DNA of 57,007 nucleotides from a virus (taxonomy: Duplodnaviria; Caudoviricetes): positions 1 through 57,007 of the IMG/VR virus record IMGVR_UViG_3300049009_000900; one strand, given 5' to 3'. Within the stretch, counting starts at the first letter, position 1. Every line of letters starts with the position of its first letter. The notes under the pieces are model-generated. The model saw nothing but the letters and a program-made list of their open reading frames with translations. It made no database searches and was not told the DNA's origin. The position numbers and the translations under genes are program-made. Shown piece after piece: positions 9,948 through 19,416 of this stretch.

Positions 9948-10764
9948 CTTTCCTCTTTTTCAGGAGTTTCCTCTTGATTGATACTTTCGGCTTGTTCTTG
10001 ATGTCCTCGAGATGCTTGGTCATGTAGGGGCATCCGTTCTTCGCCGCCACGGTGGAAAGCTTCTTGTATTTGTCGTCGAACTCGTGCCCGGCTTCGGAAA
10101 CCCATGTGTTGCCCGCTATGTTCCGGGCGAAATCGACTATGATGTTGTCCTGGGCTCCCCTCTTGAACTTCTCGTTCTCAGTCATCTCGACCACGTCATA
10201 GCTGCATTTTTTCGGGAGGACAAAAATTTGGGCGTATGGCTCTCCCTTCCTGAATATGTACTTCTGACCCTCGACGGGATTCTTGAAAACTACAAAAAAA
10301 ATCTTCGTCCACCATGACGTCTGCAAATGTCCGGGAACGACGCACGGAACGGTGTTGGTCGTGTCCGTGTAGAATCTCGGGTGCGACTCGATCCTGAGAA
10401 CCATGTCGTCCGGGACCTGCAGGTCAAGGCAAGAAGTCATGCCGAAGTGACCTTCCGCGAAGCTGGAGAAAGGGGGGAGCTTGACGTTCTGGAGCATCGT
10501 CACCTTGTTCTCCTCCTCGAAGTCCCCGATGAACTCCGGCTTGCCGTTCCTGACCTGAACATGGCATTCCGTGTCGAAAGGGTAACAAAGCTCGAGACCG
10601 TACGTGCTTCCGTCCACGAACGGCTGGCAGTGCCAAGGCTGAGCCTTGCTCCCGTTCGTGTGCTGGTGGTCTGTGCCGCTCCAACCCGGTATCTGGAGCC
10701 TGATTGGTTTCGGCGGTTTTCCCTGATGCCAATAGCGGTATTTTACTCTAATAGGTTCGTGCAT
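9907..10764 (-). CDS. Hypothetical protein, DUF6065-like
   Basis: WHCQPFVDGSTYGLEL, VPGHLQTSWW and KGEPYAQIF motifs. Start moved to ATG 10764 so it does not overlap the gp15-like gene. Confidence 0.55.
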   Translation of the reverse strand: MHEPIRVKYRYWHQGKPPKPIRLQIPGWSGTDHQHTNGSKAQPWHCQPFVDGSTYGLELCYPFDTECHVQVRNGKPEFIGDFEEENKVTMLQNVKLPPFSSFAEGHFGMTSCLDLQVPDDMVLRIESHPRFYTDTTNTVPCVVPGHLQTSWWTKIFFVVFKNPVEGQKYIFRKGEPYAQIFVLPKKCSYDVVEMTENEKFKRGAQDNIIVDFARNIAGNTWVSEAGHEFDDKYKKLSTVAAKNGCPYMTKHLEDIKNKPKVSIKRKLLKKRKDEDSAVQDKEKDA

Positions 10765-10809
10765 TTTGCCACCATGCTCCATACATAAGGAAAAGGAAAA
10801 ACAAAAACA

Positions 10810-11793
10810 ATGAACGACATCAATCATCCCGGCAAAGGTCTGAATGAGTGCAACGACAGAAGCCCGGTTAATTATAACCCGAATCTCGATCCAATACCAC
10901 AGATGTGCGGGAATGACGGGAAGCCGAACAGCCGTGACGTCGGCAGCGAGGAACTGAGCTGGATCAAGGATCTCGGCGACAAGAAGGTCGGACTTGGGTC
11001 TTCCGGCAATTGCGACCCGATGCAAGCCGGCAAGATAATAAACGACCCGTCCAACCCGGACAGGTCCACGATCTACAGGTACTCGAAATCCAAGAGGGGA
11101 TGCGACGACGCCATGAGGGATCTCTTCACGGACATAGTCGTCATAGACGAGAACGGGAAGGCTCATCCGATACCGATAATATGGGGCACGCAGGAAAGGG
11201 CTGTCGCCGCGATAATGATGGACAACGTGAGGAAGGACGAGACCCTAGTGGTCGACAGGATAAAATTGCCGATGTTAGCCATACACGACAGCGACCTCCA
11301 GTTCAACGCCAACAGGTACGTTTACCACAAGGCTCTCGACTACAGGCGCGGTCTGGACGGCAAGCCTGGATTCACTGCCAGCGAAAAGTATGACAGGGAC
11401 ACCGTCTTCGGTTTCGCGAAGGGAATGCCAGTAGACATAACGTACACGCTCTATGTTTGGACTATGTACCAAGAAGACATGAACCAAATTCTGGAACAAA
11501 TCATTTTAAAATTCAGTCAGACTGCATATATAAAAGTGATAGGTGTGCCCTATGAGGTCATCGTGAAGCTTGATTCTATAGCGAACAACCAGGACTACGA
11601 GCCTGGAGACCAAGCTATAAGAGTGATCAAGTACCAATTCAACATGACCGCTGAGACATACATACCACAGCCTATAACAAGAAAGAAGGCTGTCCTAGGC
11701 ACGAGGATCGATCTTGTGGACGGATTGGCAGAAGAAGAGATAACGCAGGTTATGGCGAGATTGGAAGAGAACGTAAAGGAACTTAAATGTTAG
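10810..11793 (+). CDS. Tail terminator / sheath-stabiliser (T4 gp15-like)
   Basis: PIPIIWGTQERA, IKLPMLAI and PVDITYTLYVWTMYQEDMNQILEQI motifs. Lies upstream of the sheath gene. Confidence 0.75.
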   Translation: MNDINHPGKGLNECNDRSPVNYNPNLDPIPQMCGNDGKPNSRDVGSEELSWIKDLGDKKVGLGSSGNCDPMQAGKIINDPSNPDRSTIYRYSKSKRGCDDAMRDLFTDIVVIDENGKAHPIPIIWGTQERAVAAIMMDNVRKDETLVVDRIKLPMLAIHDSDLQFNANRYVYHKALDYRRGLDGKPGFTASEKYDRDTVFGFAKGMPVDITYTLYVWTMYQEDMNQILEQIILKFSQTAYIKVIGVPYEVIVKLDSIANNQDYEPGDQAIRVIKYQFNMTAETYIPQPITRKKAVLGTRIDLVDGLAEEEITQVMARLEENVKELKC

Positions 11794-12014
11794 AAATAAA
11801 GAACAAGCAGAGATTTCCAGTTCAGCTGATCATAAGGTCAAGAAAGGCGCCTCGGTCTTTTACCGTGTTGAACATCCCAGGGATAGGATGCGGAAAAAAT
11901 ATTTTTTATTTGGAAGATGAGAGGGCTACTGAATATATAGACAGAGCAGCCAATGACGGTCTCATCACCGTCAAACAGTTACCGAACAATATTTTGCTAA
12001 AAAAGGGAGAATAA
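11787..12014 (+). CDS. Small hypothetical protein preceding tail sheath
   Basis: 75-aa ORF between the gp15-like and sheath genes, AAGGA RBS. Confidence 0.6.
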   Translation: MLEIKNKQRFPVQLIIRSRKAPRSFTVLNIPGIGCGKNIFYLEDERATEYIDRAANDGLITVKQLPNNILLKKGE

Positions 12015-12018
12015 GACT

Positions 12019-14418
12019 ATGGCGATACTTAGAGGTTTTCCACCATCAAACACAATCAGCCCAAGCGTTCGCATTGCCGAAAAAGACTTGAGCTTCATCG
12101 CTCCCGAGCAAACTCTCCACAGAGCTGCTCTGATTGGGTTCGCGAGCAAGGGTCCGATAAACATTCCGACCATCATAGCGACCAGCCGACAGCTCCATAG
12201 GACTTTCGGAAATCCACATCCACAGAACGGCGATCCTTACCTCCTATACGCCGCAGAACAGTATCTGCTCATCGCCAACGAACTTTACGTCATTCGCGTA
12301 GCCGACACCGACCCCGTGAGCGACGAATCGGCGACCCTAGCCGAAGTAGAAGTTCCCGCAGCCGGAACCGTGATAGAGATCGAATCTGACGAACCAGGCA
12401 GCTATGACTTCACCGGTCTTGGCACCCACTTCTTCCGCTGGAGGCTCAATGGCGTTCTCAGCGAGAAGACCTTGGTCGTGTTTGAGGAAAACCCTAACTT
12501 GACAACCGGACCGACATATACAACTGCCGAACTGGTTGCGGCTCTCAACGACCAGATCGACGCCGAGAACGACGGCATCGAGTTCTACGCGAATGTCACC
12601 AACTGCATCAGCGTGAGGACACTATGGGCTTACGGTCCGGCTGCAGAGCTGGAGTTCGTATCCGTGCAGAACGCCATCTACGGCGGCGATGTAGCGGACG
12701 GCAACGTGACCGGCTTTGGTCAAGGAATGACAGTGGCTTCGAAAATGGGATCCCTTGACAAGTTTCCGAATGTTGGGTATCAAACCCCAGGTCATTACGA
12801 ATTCCCCAACCACGTAACCGGCTTAAACCTCAACATTGTGGTGGACGGCACCGACAACGTTCTGATCGACAATGTCGTTCAGTCCATCGATCTTTCCTCC
12901 TTGGAAAGCCAAATTAACACGATCACCGAAATCGTAGATGCCATCAACGAACAGAGAGCATCCGAAGGCGGCGATCTTCCGGGCGGCTGGGTGGCTTCCG
13001 CTGGCGGCGATTTCGGCGACAATTTGGTCTTCAGCACCCTCAGCCATGGTCGTGATGCCAGACTGAGAGTCAAGTCCGACTCTACCGCGATCGAAATATT
13101 CGGCTTCGATTCTGCTACCGCGATCGGCGAAACCACTTCGGGAGTAACCGGCGACACAGCCATCGAGACATTCGGAAGGGTAAACGGCGACTCGAACACG
13201 GGTGGCGACATATCCTTCACCGTCAAGGCTGACAGCGTCGGCATCGAAGGCAACTTGACGCAGGTTGTCATCAAGAACAACCCTCGCGAAAGCTCTTTCA
13301 ACGTGGAAATATACAGCAACGGAAGCCAAGTAGAGGCTTGGGGCAACATCACGAAGAATGACGCCAGCACGTTCTACGTCGGCAGCTACTTCGCGCTAGT
13401 GTCTGAATACATCAACATCGAAGACAACACCGCGATCCAGGCTGGACCGGCGGACGGCACCTACAACCTTGTCGGCGGCTCTGACGGCATTCCTTCAGAT
13501 CCAGACAAGCAAGACGAACTTCTGATCGGCAGCTCCACCTCATACAGTGGCATCTACTCGGTCAGCGAATCAGAACAGTTCGACATCGACCTTATAGCGG
13601 TTCCCGGTCACACCAGCACGACTGTAGTGACGGAACTTCTTTACATGTGTCAAAATTTCCGTCAAGACTGCATGGCTATCATCGATTCTCCTTTCGGTCT
13701 TACCGTGAACGAGATCATAGCATGGCAGAACGGTACGCATCCTCTTAACAGCACGAGATTCGACAGCGACTTCGGCGCGTTGTACTGGCCGTGGGTTCGC
13801 CTGCGTGACAACTACAACCGAGTCGACGTGTGGGCTCCTCCTAGCGGCTCCGTGATGGCTGTGTACGCACAGAACGACCGTCTTGCGCGACCTTGGTTCG
13901 CTCCAGCCGGCTTGAATCGCGGCATGGTTCCAGGCATCAACGACGTCTACGCGCGACCTACCCAGGAAGAGCGAGACTTGATGTACGGCTACAGGAACTG
14001 CATCAATCCAATCGTTCAGTTCGCAGACACCGACGGTTTCTGCGTATGGGGTCAGAAGACCATGCAGCGAAGACCTACCGCGCTTGACCGAGTCAATGTT
14101 CGACGACTCATGTTCTACATCGAAAAACAGCTCAAGGCTCGTTCCAGAGGTCTGCTTTTCGAACCGCATGATGAAATACTGAGAGCTGAATTCATCAGAA
14201 TAGCTGATGTGATTCTGCAAGAGGTTCTGATTGGTCGTGGCATTACTGGTTACAAAATTCAATGCGATGAGGCTCTCAACACCTCCGATGTAATCGACAG
14301 AAACGAGCTAAGGGCAAGGATCGGCGTGATCCCGACCAGAGCGGTTGAATTCATATTCCTTGAATTCAGCATCCACAGAACGGGTAGCGACTTTACTGAA
14401 TCCACAAACGCATTCTAA
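12019..14418 (+). CDS. Contractile tail sheath protein (T4 gp18-like)
   Basis: SPSVRIAEKD, GFASKGP, YWPWV, PWFAPAGLNRG, INPIV, WGQKT and DRVNVRRL motifs. Confidence 0.95.
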   Translation: MAILRGFPPSNTISPSVRIAEKDLSFIAPEQTLHRAALIGFASKGPINIPTIIATSRQLHRTFGNPHPQNGDPYLLYAAEQYLLIANELYVIRVADTDPVSDESATLAEVEVPAAGTVIEIESDEPGSYDFTGLGTHFFRWRLNGVLSEKTLVVFEENPNLTTGPTYTTAELVAALNDQIDAENDGIEFYANVTNCISVRTLWAYGPAAELEFVSVQNAIYGGDVADGNVTGFGQGMTVASKMGSLDKFPNVGYQTPGHYEFPNHVTGLNLNIVVDGTDNVLIDNVVQSIDLSSLESQINTITEIVDAINEQRASEGGDLPGGWVASAGGDFGDNLVFSTLSHGRDARLRVKSDSTAIEIFGFDSATAIGETTSGVTGDTAIETFGRVNGDSNTGGDISFTVKADSVGIEGNLTQVVIKNNPRESSFNVEIYSNGSQVEAWGNITKNDASTFYVGSYFALVSEYINIEDNTAIQAGPADGTYNLVGGSDGIPSDPDKQDELLIGSSTSYSGIYSVSESEQFDIDLIAVPGHTSTTVVTELLYMCQNFRQDCMAIIDSPFGLTVNEIIAWQNGTHPLNSTRFDSDFGALYWPWVRLRDNYNRVDVWAPPSGSVMAVYAQNDRLARPWFAPAGLNRGMVPGINDVYARPTQEERDLMYGYRNCINPIVQFADTDGFCVWGQKTMQRRPTALDRVNVRRLMFYIEKQLKARSRGLLFEPHDEILRAEFIRIADVILQEVLIGRGITGYKIQCDEALNTSDVIDRNELRARIGVIPTRAVEFIFLEFSIHRTGSDFTESTNAF

Positions 14419-14440
14419 TTTTTGAGGGGAGGATTTTAAC

Positions 14441-15010
14441 ATGGCAACGATGAATTTGGGAGAACTAGCTTCAAATAGTAACTTAGTTTTCAAGAGAAAA
14501 TACAGATGGACTTTTGATTTAAAGTGGAATGGCAAGAATTTGGGCAAGAGCTATGTGAAGCTAGCTTCTCGTCCAAACCTTACAATAGAAGAGACCGAGA
14601 TCAACTACATGCACGGAAAGATGTGGATACCAGGCAAGGCTTCCTGGGAATCCATCACCGTCACCTTCTACGACGTGGCTAAAGCCACCAGTGATGGCGT
14701 TGATAACATCTACGGATGGCTCGCGAGCATCTACAACTTCCAGGACGCATCGATGAAACAGACTACCATTCAAGGTACTGGATCAAATGGTGGCTGGGCT
14801 GGGGTTGCCACGCTCGACATGTACGATGGTTGCGGCAAATCGCTTGAAACCTGGACGCTGAGCGGGATTTGGCCATCTGCCGTTAATTTCGGCGACTTGG
14901 ATTACAGTTCGTCTGAAGAGGCGACTGTGGAGTTGACCCTGAGATACTACATGGCTAAATACCAAGCCAAATGCGATACCAACCCAACTCCAGTATGTTT
15001 GGGCTGCTAA
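14441..15010 (+). CDS. Tail tube protein (T4 gp19-like)
   Basis: Directly after the sheath. RPNLTIEE, GKASWESITVTFYD, WPSAVNFGDLDYSS motifs. GGAGG RBS. Confidence 0.9.
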   Translation: MATMNLGELASNSNLVFKRKYRWTFDLKWNGKNLGKSYVKLASRPNLTIEETEINYMHGKMWIPGKASWESITVTFYDVAKATSDGVDNIYGWLASIYNFQDASMKQTTIQGTGSNGGWAGVATLDMYDGCGKSLETWTLSGIWPSAVNFGDLDYSSSEEATVELTLRYYMAKYQAKCDTNPTPVCLGC

Positions 15011-15044
15011 AGCTAGATTTAGATTTTCCTTTCAAAAAAACAAG

Positions 15045-15077
15045 AAGCCACAGCTCATTTGGGTTGTGGCTTTTCTT
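15045..15077 (+). terminator. Rho-independent terminator after first tail tube gene
   Basis: Stem AAGCCACAGCTC / GGGTTGTGGCTT (two G:U pairs) followed by TTCTT. An upstream A tract suggests it may act in both directions. Confidence 0.65.
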
Positions 15078-15093
15078 GCATAAGAGGTGAAAA

Positions 15094-15603
15094 GTGGGAC
15101 AGAGAATGTCTTTCGACTTCGGACTAGAAAGCCCATCGGCATGCTTCAAAAGGAAGTATCGGTGGCTTCTGAAGATACCGGAAGTTTCTGCGACTGGGGT
15201 TGACACGCTTCCTCCGTCAAAGGCTGGCAGACCTAGCCTGTCATTCAAGAGCATGGAAGCGCAGCATATGAGCGAAACTATAAACTTCCCTTCGAAGCCG
15301 GAGTGGAAGCCCATCAGCTTGACCTTGTTCGACCTTAAGAAAAGCAAGAACCCGGTGATAGAATGGATAAACAAGATTTATGAGGTCACGCAAAGTTCGG
15401 CGACATACAAGGTTGCCACCAACGGTTTCAAAAAAGAAGCAACCCTGGAGCTGTACGATGGCTGCGGAGAGGTCATAGAGAAGTGGGTTCTGGAGAACGT
15501 GTACATAGAGAGCGCCGATTTCGGCGACCTTGACTACACCTCTTCGGACGTGTGCATGATAGACCTAAGCCTAAAATACGACAGGGCGTACAAGACGATA
15601 TAA
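15094..15603 (+). CDS. Second tail tube-like protein (gp19 paralogue)
   Basis: Shares FKRKYRW, RPxL, ATLxxYDGCG and FGDLDY motifs with 14441-15010. Confidence 0.85.
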   Translation: MGQRMSFDFGLESPSACFKRKYRWLLKIPEVSATGVDTLPPSKAGRPSLSFKSMEAQHMSETINFPSKPEWKPISLTLFDLKKSKNPVIEWINKIYEVTQSSATYKVATNGFKKEATLELYDGCGEVIEKWVLENVYIESADFGDLDYTSSDVCMIDLSLKYDRAYKTI

Positions 15604-15619
15604 TTCGCGCCAGTCGTTC

Positions 15620-15877
15620 CTATTCGTCTTTTTCGTCCTTCGGATTCGAAAAGAAAAGATCGTTCTTCAGTATTTCCTTGCATGACTCCAGAGCCTGCTC
15701 TAGGTCTTTTGGCTTCCATCCCAGCACCCTGCACGCGCCGCTCTTGTTGAGCCTGCCCTTTTTTGTGTAAACATCCTTCTCGTTGCCGAGAAGGGCGTCT
15801 ATAAGGGGGGCATAACCCTTGTCTATAAGCTTCTGAATCAACTCTTGCTTTTCGATCTGCTCAATAACATTACTCAT
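15620..15877 (-). CDS. Small putative helix-turn-helix protein
   Basis: LNKSGACRVLGWKPKDLEQALESCKEIL fits an HTH pattern. Start at ATG 15877 after AAGG. Confidence 0.55.
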   Translation of the reverse strand: MSNVIEQIEKQELIQKLIDKGYAPLIDALLGNEKDVYTKKGRLNKSGACRVLGWKPKDLEQALESCKEILKNDLFFSNPKDEKDE

Positions 15878-15921
15878 ATTTTGACCTTGATATACAGTGG
15901 CATACAACATCCACTGATATA

Positions 15922-15950
15922 AGTATAAAATTCGAGAATGAAACTTTCAA
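15922..15950 (-). promoter_or_regulatory. Sigma70-type promoter TTGAAA-N17-TATACT
   Basis: Near-consensus hexamers with a 17-nt spacer in the intergenic gap upstream of 15620-15877. Confidence 0.55.
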
Positions 15951-15966
15951 CTCATTGGGCGAAAAT

Positions 15967-16509
15967 TCATCTGTCATTGTTCTGATTGTTCTTGTTTGTC
16001 GATCTTCCCTTGTTAGACGCTCCGACCTGTTCTATGGTGACGCTCAAGTGCTCGTGGTACTTCCTCTTGAGTTCGTTGTAGTTCCTCGCCGTCCTGTAGA
16101 GCTGCCTGAAGTGGTTTATGATGCAGGTCGTCATGTAATTGAACGCCTTGCCCTTGCTCGGGTCGAACCTGTCTACTTTCTCGAAACATATAAGGACGCC
16201 CTCTTGTATGGCGTCATCGGGGTCTATAAGGTTGAATTTCCTGTATCTGACTATGTTCTCGGAAAGCAGGTAGAAAGCTATCGTAAGGTCTTTCTGGAGG
16301 TCCTGGTACTGCGAAAGGTAGCTTTTGAACTCACGCTCAACCTCTTCCCAGCATTCTGGCTTCTCGTGCTTTTTGCGCACGGACAACCTCAACTCGGTTT
16401 CGTTGATTTCTTCCAAAAGCGTCTCGTACTTGACTTTGCTTTTTTTGATTCTTATGAACTTGGAGATTAAAGACTCGAAGTTTTTGTTGTTGAGATACTC
16501 ATTAGCCAT
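15967..16509 (-). CDS. Phage late-transcription sigma factor (T4 gp55-like, region 2 only)
   Basis: EYLNNKNF N-terminus and DDAIQEGVLICFEKVDRFDPSKGKAFNYMTTCI region-2 motif. Confidence 0.8.
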   Translation of the reverse strand: MANEYLNNKNFESLISKFIRIKKSKVKYETLLEEINETELRLSVRKKHEKPECWEEVEREFKSYLSQYQDLQKDLTIAFYLLSENIVRYRKFNLIDPDDAIQEGVLICFEKVDRFDPSKGKAFNYMTTCIINHFRQLYRTARNYNELKRKYHEHLSVTIEQVGASNKGRSTNKNNQNNDR

Positions 16510-17380
16510 TAAGCTCCTTGTTTTTCACGGTCGTACACTGGTCGCCGACTGCCTTCCATTCTTCTATTCTATCAAGAGCTTCTTTCCTGGCTTGTTCGTA
16601 CCACTCATTGGCTACACTAAAGTAGGAATGGCTGTACAATTTTCCAGAAGTAAAACTCCTAAAATGATCAATATTGTCATCTCTGGTCATCTTGAAGTTC
16701 TCCTCCTTTCCAATCAAGTACGGCTTTATGTCATTCTGCCTCAGTATGTAATTGCCCAACAATTCGGTGTCTGGCCAGCATGGTCTCATCGGGTCTGGTC
16801 TGTGGTCCGCGATGCCGAAAGTGTTGCATAGCCTTCTGAGGCTCCACCCGAAACCGACCTTGTCCATCGTCGGCATGTGGTACATGGTTGCCGTATGTGA
16901 AACCATGCCTACCCAGTCATCGTGGGCTCTGGGGGAAATCTGGTATCCCACCACGGGCGACTCCGTTTCGCACAACCCCAGGAAATGCTCCAGAAGGTCG
17001 ACCCTCTTGGCGAAAACGTCCGTGTGCGTGGCGAACAGGTATTCGGTTCTGCACAGGGAGAACCCGAGATCCATTGCTATGGCTGGGAAATCGCTTGGAT
17101 GCTTGACCGCGTTCAGCCTCAAAGAGTGGACTTCTGTATCTTCGTCTCTCAGACCGCATATCTTTTCGAGGTTTTCCTCGTCGCTGCCGGTGTCGATGAC
17201 TACTATGTATGGCTTGACAGATTGACACCTAAGCAGTTCGACGCATATACTTAATTGTTCGAATGTATCGATAACGGGTATGACCACGGTTACTTTTCTG
17301 TGCCAAGGCTTGGTCTTGCACTCTCCCTCCCAAGGCTTGAACGCCTGAAGGCTGTTGCGCGAAGGGGCTGCTTTGTTCAT
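16502..17380 (-). CDS. Glycosyltransferase family 2-like protein
   Basis: VTVVIP, VVIDTGSD and HTD (DxD-like) motifs. Start uncertain. Confidence 0.75.
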   Translation of the reverse strand: MNKAAPSRNSLQAFKPWEGECKTKPWHRKVTVVIPVIDTFEQLSICVELLRCQSVKPYIVVIDTGSDEENLEKICGLRDEDTEVHSLRLNAVKHPSDFPAIAMDLGFSLCRTEYLFATHTDVFAKRVDLLEHFLGLCETESPVVGYQISPRAHDDWVGMVSHTATMYHMPTMDKVGFGWSLRRLCNTFGIADHRPDPMRPCWPDTELLGNYILRQNDIKPYLIGKEENFKMTRDDNIDHFRSFTSGKLYSHSYFSVANEWYEQARKEALDRIEEWKAVGDQCTTVKNKELNG

Positions 17381-17564
17381 GTTGAATCTTTCTGAAATTT
17401 TCGCCGGGATCATAGATAACCCTTTCACTCCGAGGTTCTACAAGGAACTACAAGAGTATTATAATCGTTCCGGAATGGACAATGAGGCGAAAGCCTTGTC
17501 TTTTCTCATAAGCAAGAAATTTGATGAAAAAAATGACAATACTAGTGGCGGCGAGAAACAGTGA
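17379..17564 (+). CDS. Small hypothetical protein
   Basis: About 61 aa, helical. Overlaps the start of the downstream GT gene. Start uncertain. Confidence 0.45.
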   Translation: MLNLSEIFAGIIDNPFTPRFYKELQEYYNRSGMDNEAKALSFLISKKFDEKNDNTSGGEKQ

Positions 17565-18471
17565 GGCGACCATCGAGTCGTGCCTCAAGTCGCTGGTCGG
17601 TGTCGACGCCACCATTGTCGTTGGCGACATCGGCAGTTCGGACAGAACCGCAGACATAGCCAAAGCTTACGCGGATGAGGTGTTGAGTCTGGATTTCCGC
17701 CACAATTATTCGGAATGCAAGAACAAGATGGCTGATTCGGTGCGGACGGAATTCGCCCTCATGCTGGACGCAAACGAATCCATAGCGAAGGGAGCCGAAT
17801 GCATTCCAGACATGGCGGGTCCGTCCAGGATATCGGTTGTCCAGGAGCAAGTCGTGACGAAGCCGATACGAATCTGGAGACCTTCCGACGGAACGAAGTT
17901 CAAAAACCCGACTTTCGAACACCTTTCTTGCGAAGCCAGCTATTCGGAGATATACGTCAAAGCCTCCATGGTCGACCGCGGAGAAGAAAACATGGAGATA
18001 ATCAGAAAATGGCAGGAAAGGTCGCCGCTGGCTCTCGAGCCGCAATACTACAAGAGCTGCGTGTACCTTTCGCAGCGTAATTACAAGGAGTTCATCAGCT
18101 GCGCGAACCACTACCTGTTCAAGGGCAAGCCAGGATCGATGCCGTACGTGATGACGAAATATTATCTTGGAATGGTCTACTGCTATGTCAAGAAGGATTA
18201 CCAGCAAGCCTCAAAGAACGTGTTTGAGTGTATAGCCACGAAGCCGCTCATGGCTGAGTTCTGGTGCCTTCTTGGCGACATATACCATTCTCTCGACATG
18301 TACGAGAAGGCTTACTCTTTCTACGAGAACGCCATGATCCTGGGTTCGAGACGACTCAAGAACGACGATTGGCCGTTCCAAATAGACAAATACAAAAAGC
18401 ATCCGGAGAGCATGATGAAAAACTGCGCGGACATCAAGGGCAAATCAAAGCTTTACGTCGCTAATAGATGA
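17524..18471 (+). CDS. GT2-family glycosyltransferase with C-terminal TPR repeats
   Basis: ARNSEATIESCL, DIGSSDRT and LDANE motifs, followed by TPR-like helices (AEFWCLLGDIY...AYSFYENA). Confidence 0.8.
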   Translation: MKKMTILVAARNSEATIESCLKSLVGVDATIVVGDIGSSDRTADIAKAYADEVLSLDFRHNYSECKNKMADSVRTEFALMLDANESIAKGAECIPDMAGPSRISVVQEQVVTKPIRIWRPSDGTKFKNPTFEHLSCEASYSEIYVKASMVDRGEENMEIIRKWQERSPLALEPQYYKSCVYLSQRNYKEFISCANHYLFKGKPGSMPYVMTKYYLGMVYCYVKKDYQQASKNVFECIATKPLMAEFWCLLGDIYHSLDMYEKAYSFYENAMILGSRRLKNDDWPFQIDKYKKHPESMMKNCADIKGKSKLYVANR

Positions 18472-18838
18472 CATCGAGCTCGTTGACAACCAGCGTGACT
18501 TGGTCTTCGTATCTCGACATGGCTATCTGCTTTCTTCCCGGTCCAAGCTTCCTCAGCTTGGACTCGAGCTCGCCGACGGAACAGTTTATCACGGACCAGT
18601 TGTTCTCGGCTATCTTCCTTATCTCGCTCTCGATTTCGCCGACCTCCCTTCCCGGGAAATAGGCTAGGATCTGATCCTTGCAATCCTTCAGTATCTTTTT
18701 GTAGAATGGCGTGTTGCACGCGCAGGAAGGGTTCTTCAGATATTTCTGCAAATCCTCGGTGAGTGACGCCGGGATGGATTCCCTGAACCTGGCGTCCCTG
18801 AGAGCCTGTTTTATTTCAAGAAGGGTTATTGGTCTCAT
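18461..18838 (-). CDS. Hypothetical protein
   Basis: 125-aa ORF in a tightly overlapping minus-strand operon. Contains NPSCACN. Confidence 0.6.
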   Translation of the reverse strand: MRPITLLEIKQALRDARFRESIPASLTEDLQKYLKNPSCACNTPFYKKILKDCKDQILAYFPGREVGEIESEIRKIAENNWSVINCSVGELESKLRKLGPGRKQIAMSRYEDQVTLVVNELDVIY

Positions 18839-19073
18839 TTGGATCCTTGTATTTTGCGATGAATATGACCCTGCCGCAATTGGGGCACCTGACCTTGCTT
18901 TTTCCTAATTTGTACTTTGGTGTCTCCGTCTTTTTCGTCAGCGGGTCTTGTTTCGGTATCCCAGCCTGTATGTCGCTGCTCTTGGATATCGAAAGATCCT
19001 TGATATCATCGTCAGTCACCAGCTTCTTGTAGTGGCATATCTGGCAATATATCTGGTACTTGTATTTTTTCAT
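18816..19073 (-). CDS. Zinc-ribbon protein
   Basis: CQIC...CPNCG cysteine pairs. Confidence 0.6.
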   Translation of the reverse strand: MKKYKYQIYCQICHYKKLVTDDDIKDLSISKSSDIQAGIPKQDPLTKKTETPKYKLGKSKVRCPNCGRVIFIAKYKDPNETNNPS

Positions 19074-19075
19074 CG

Positions 19076-19414
19076 TTATTCCGGCATGTTCACTATGGTG
19101 GCAGCCTCAATCCAGTTGAGAACCATGGCAGCCAAATTGGAAACGAAGCCCCCGGCGCACCCGCAGGCGAAGACGACCATGAAGCAATTCAGGTCGAGAA
19201 CTTCCCTTCGATTGACAATGAATATATAGCCCATCAGAAAGCCGCACCAGGTTCCGGAGCACAGATAGCATTCGACCATCTCCCCGATCTTCGGCATCTT
19301 GATTTTCTCGGAAACGTACTTCACGAGATTCCTGAAAGGCTCCATTATAGAGCCATCGACTATGATGTGAGACATGCCTATAGTCGCCAACAAAAACAAA
19401 CAAAAATCTTCCAT
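19076..19414 (-). CDS. Membrane protein, DUF1360-like
   Basis: Three hydrophobic segments and a CYLCSGTWCG motif. GGAGG RBS before ATG 19414. Confidence 0.6.
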   Translation of the reverse strand: MEDFCLFLLATIGMSHIIVDGSIMEPFRNLVKYVSEKIKMPKIGEMVECYLCSGTWCGFLMGYIFIVNRREVLDLNCFMVVFACGCAGGFVSNLAAMVLNWIEAATIVNMPE

Positions 19415-19416
19415 AA

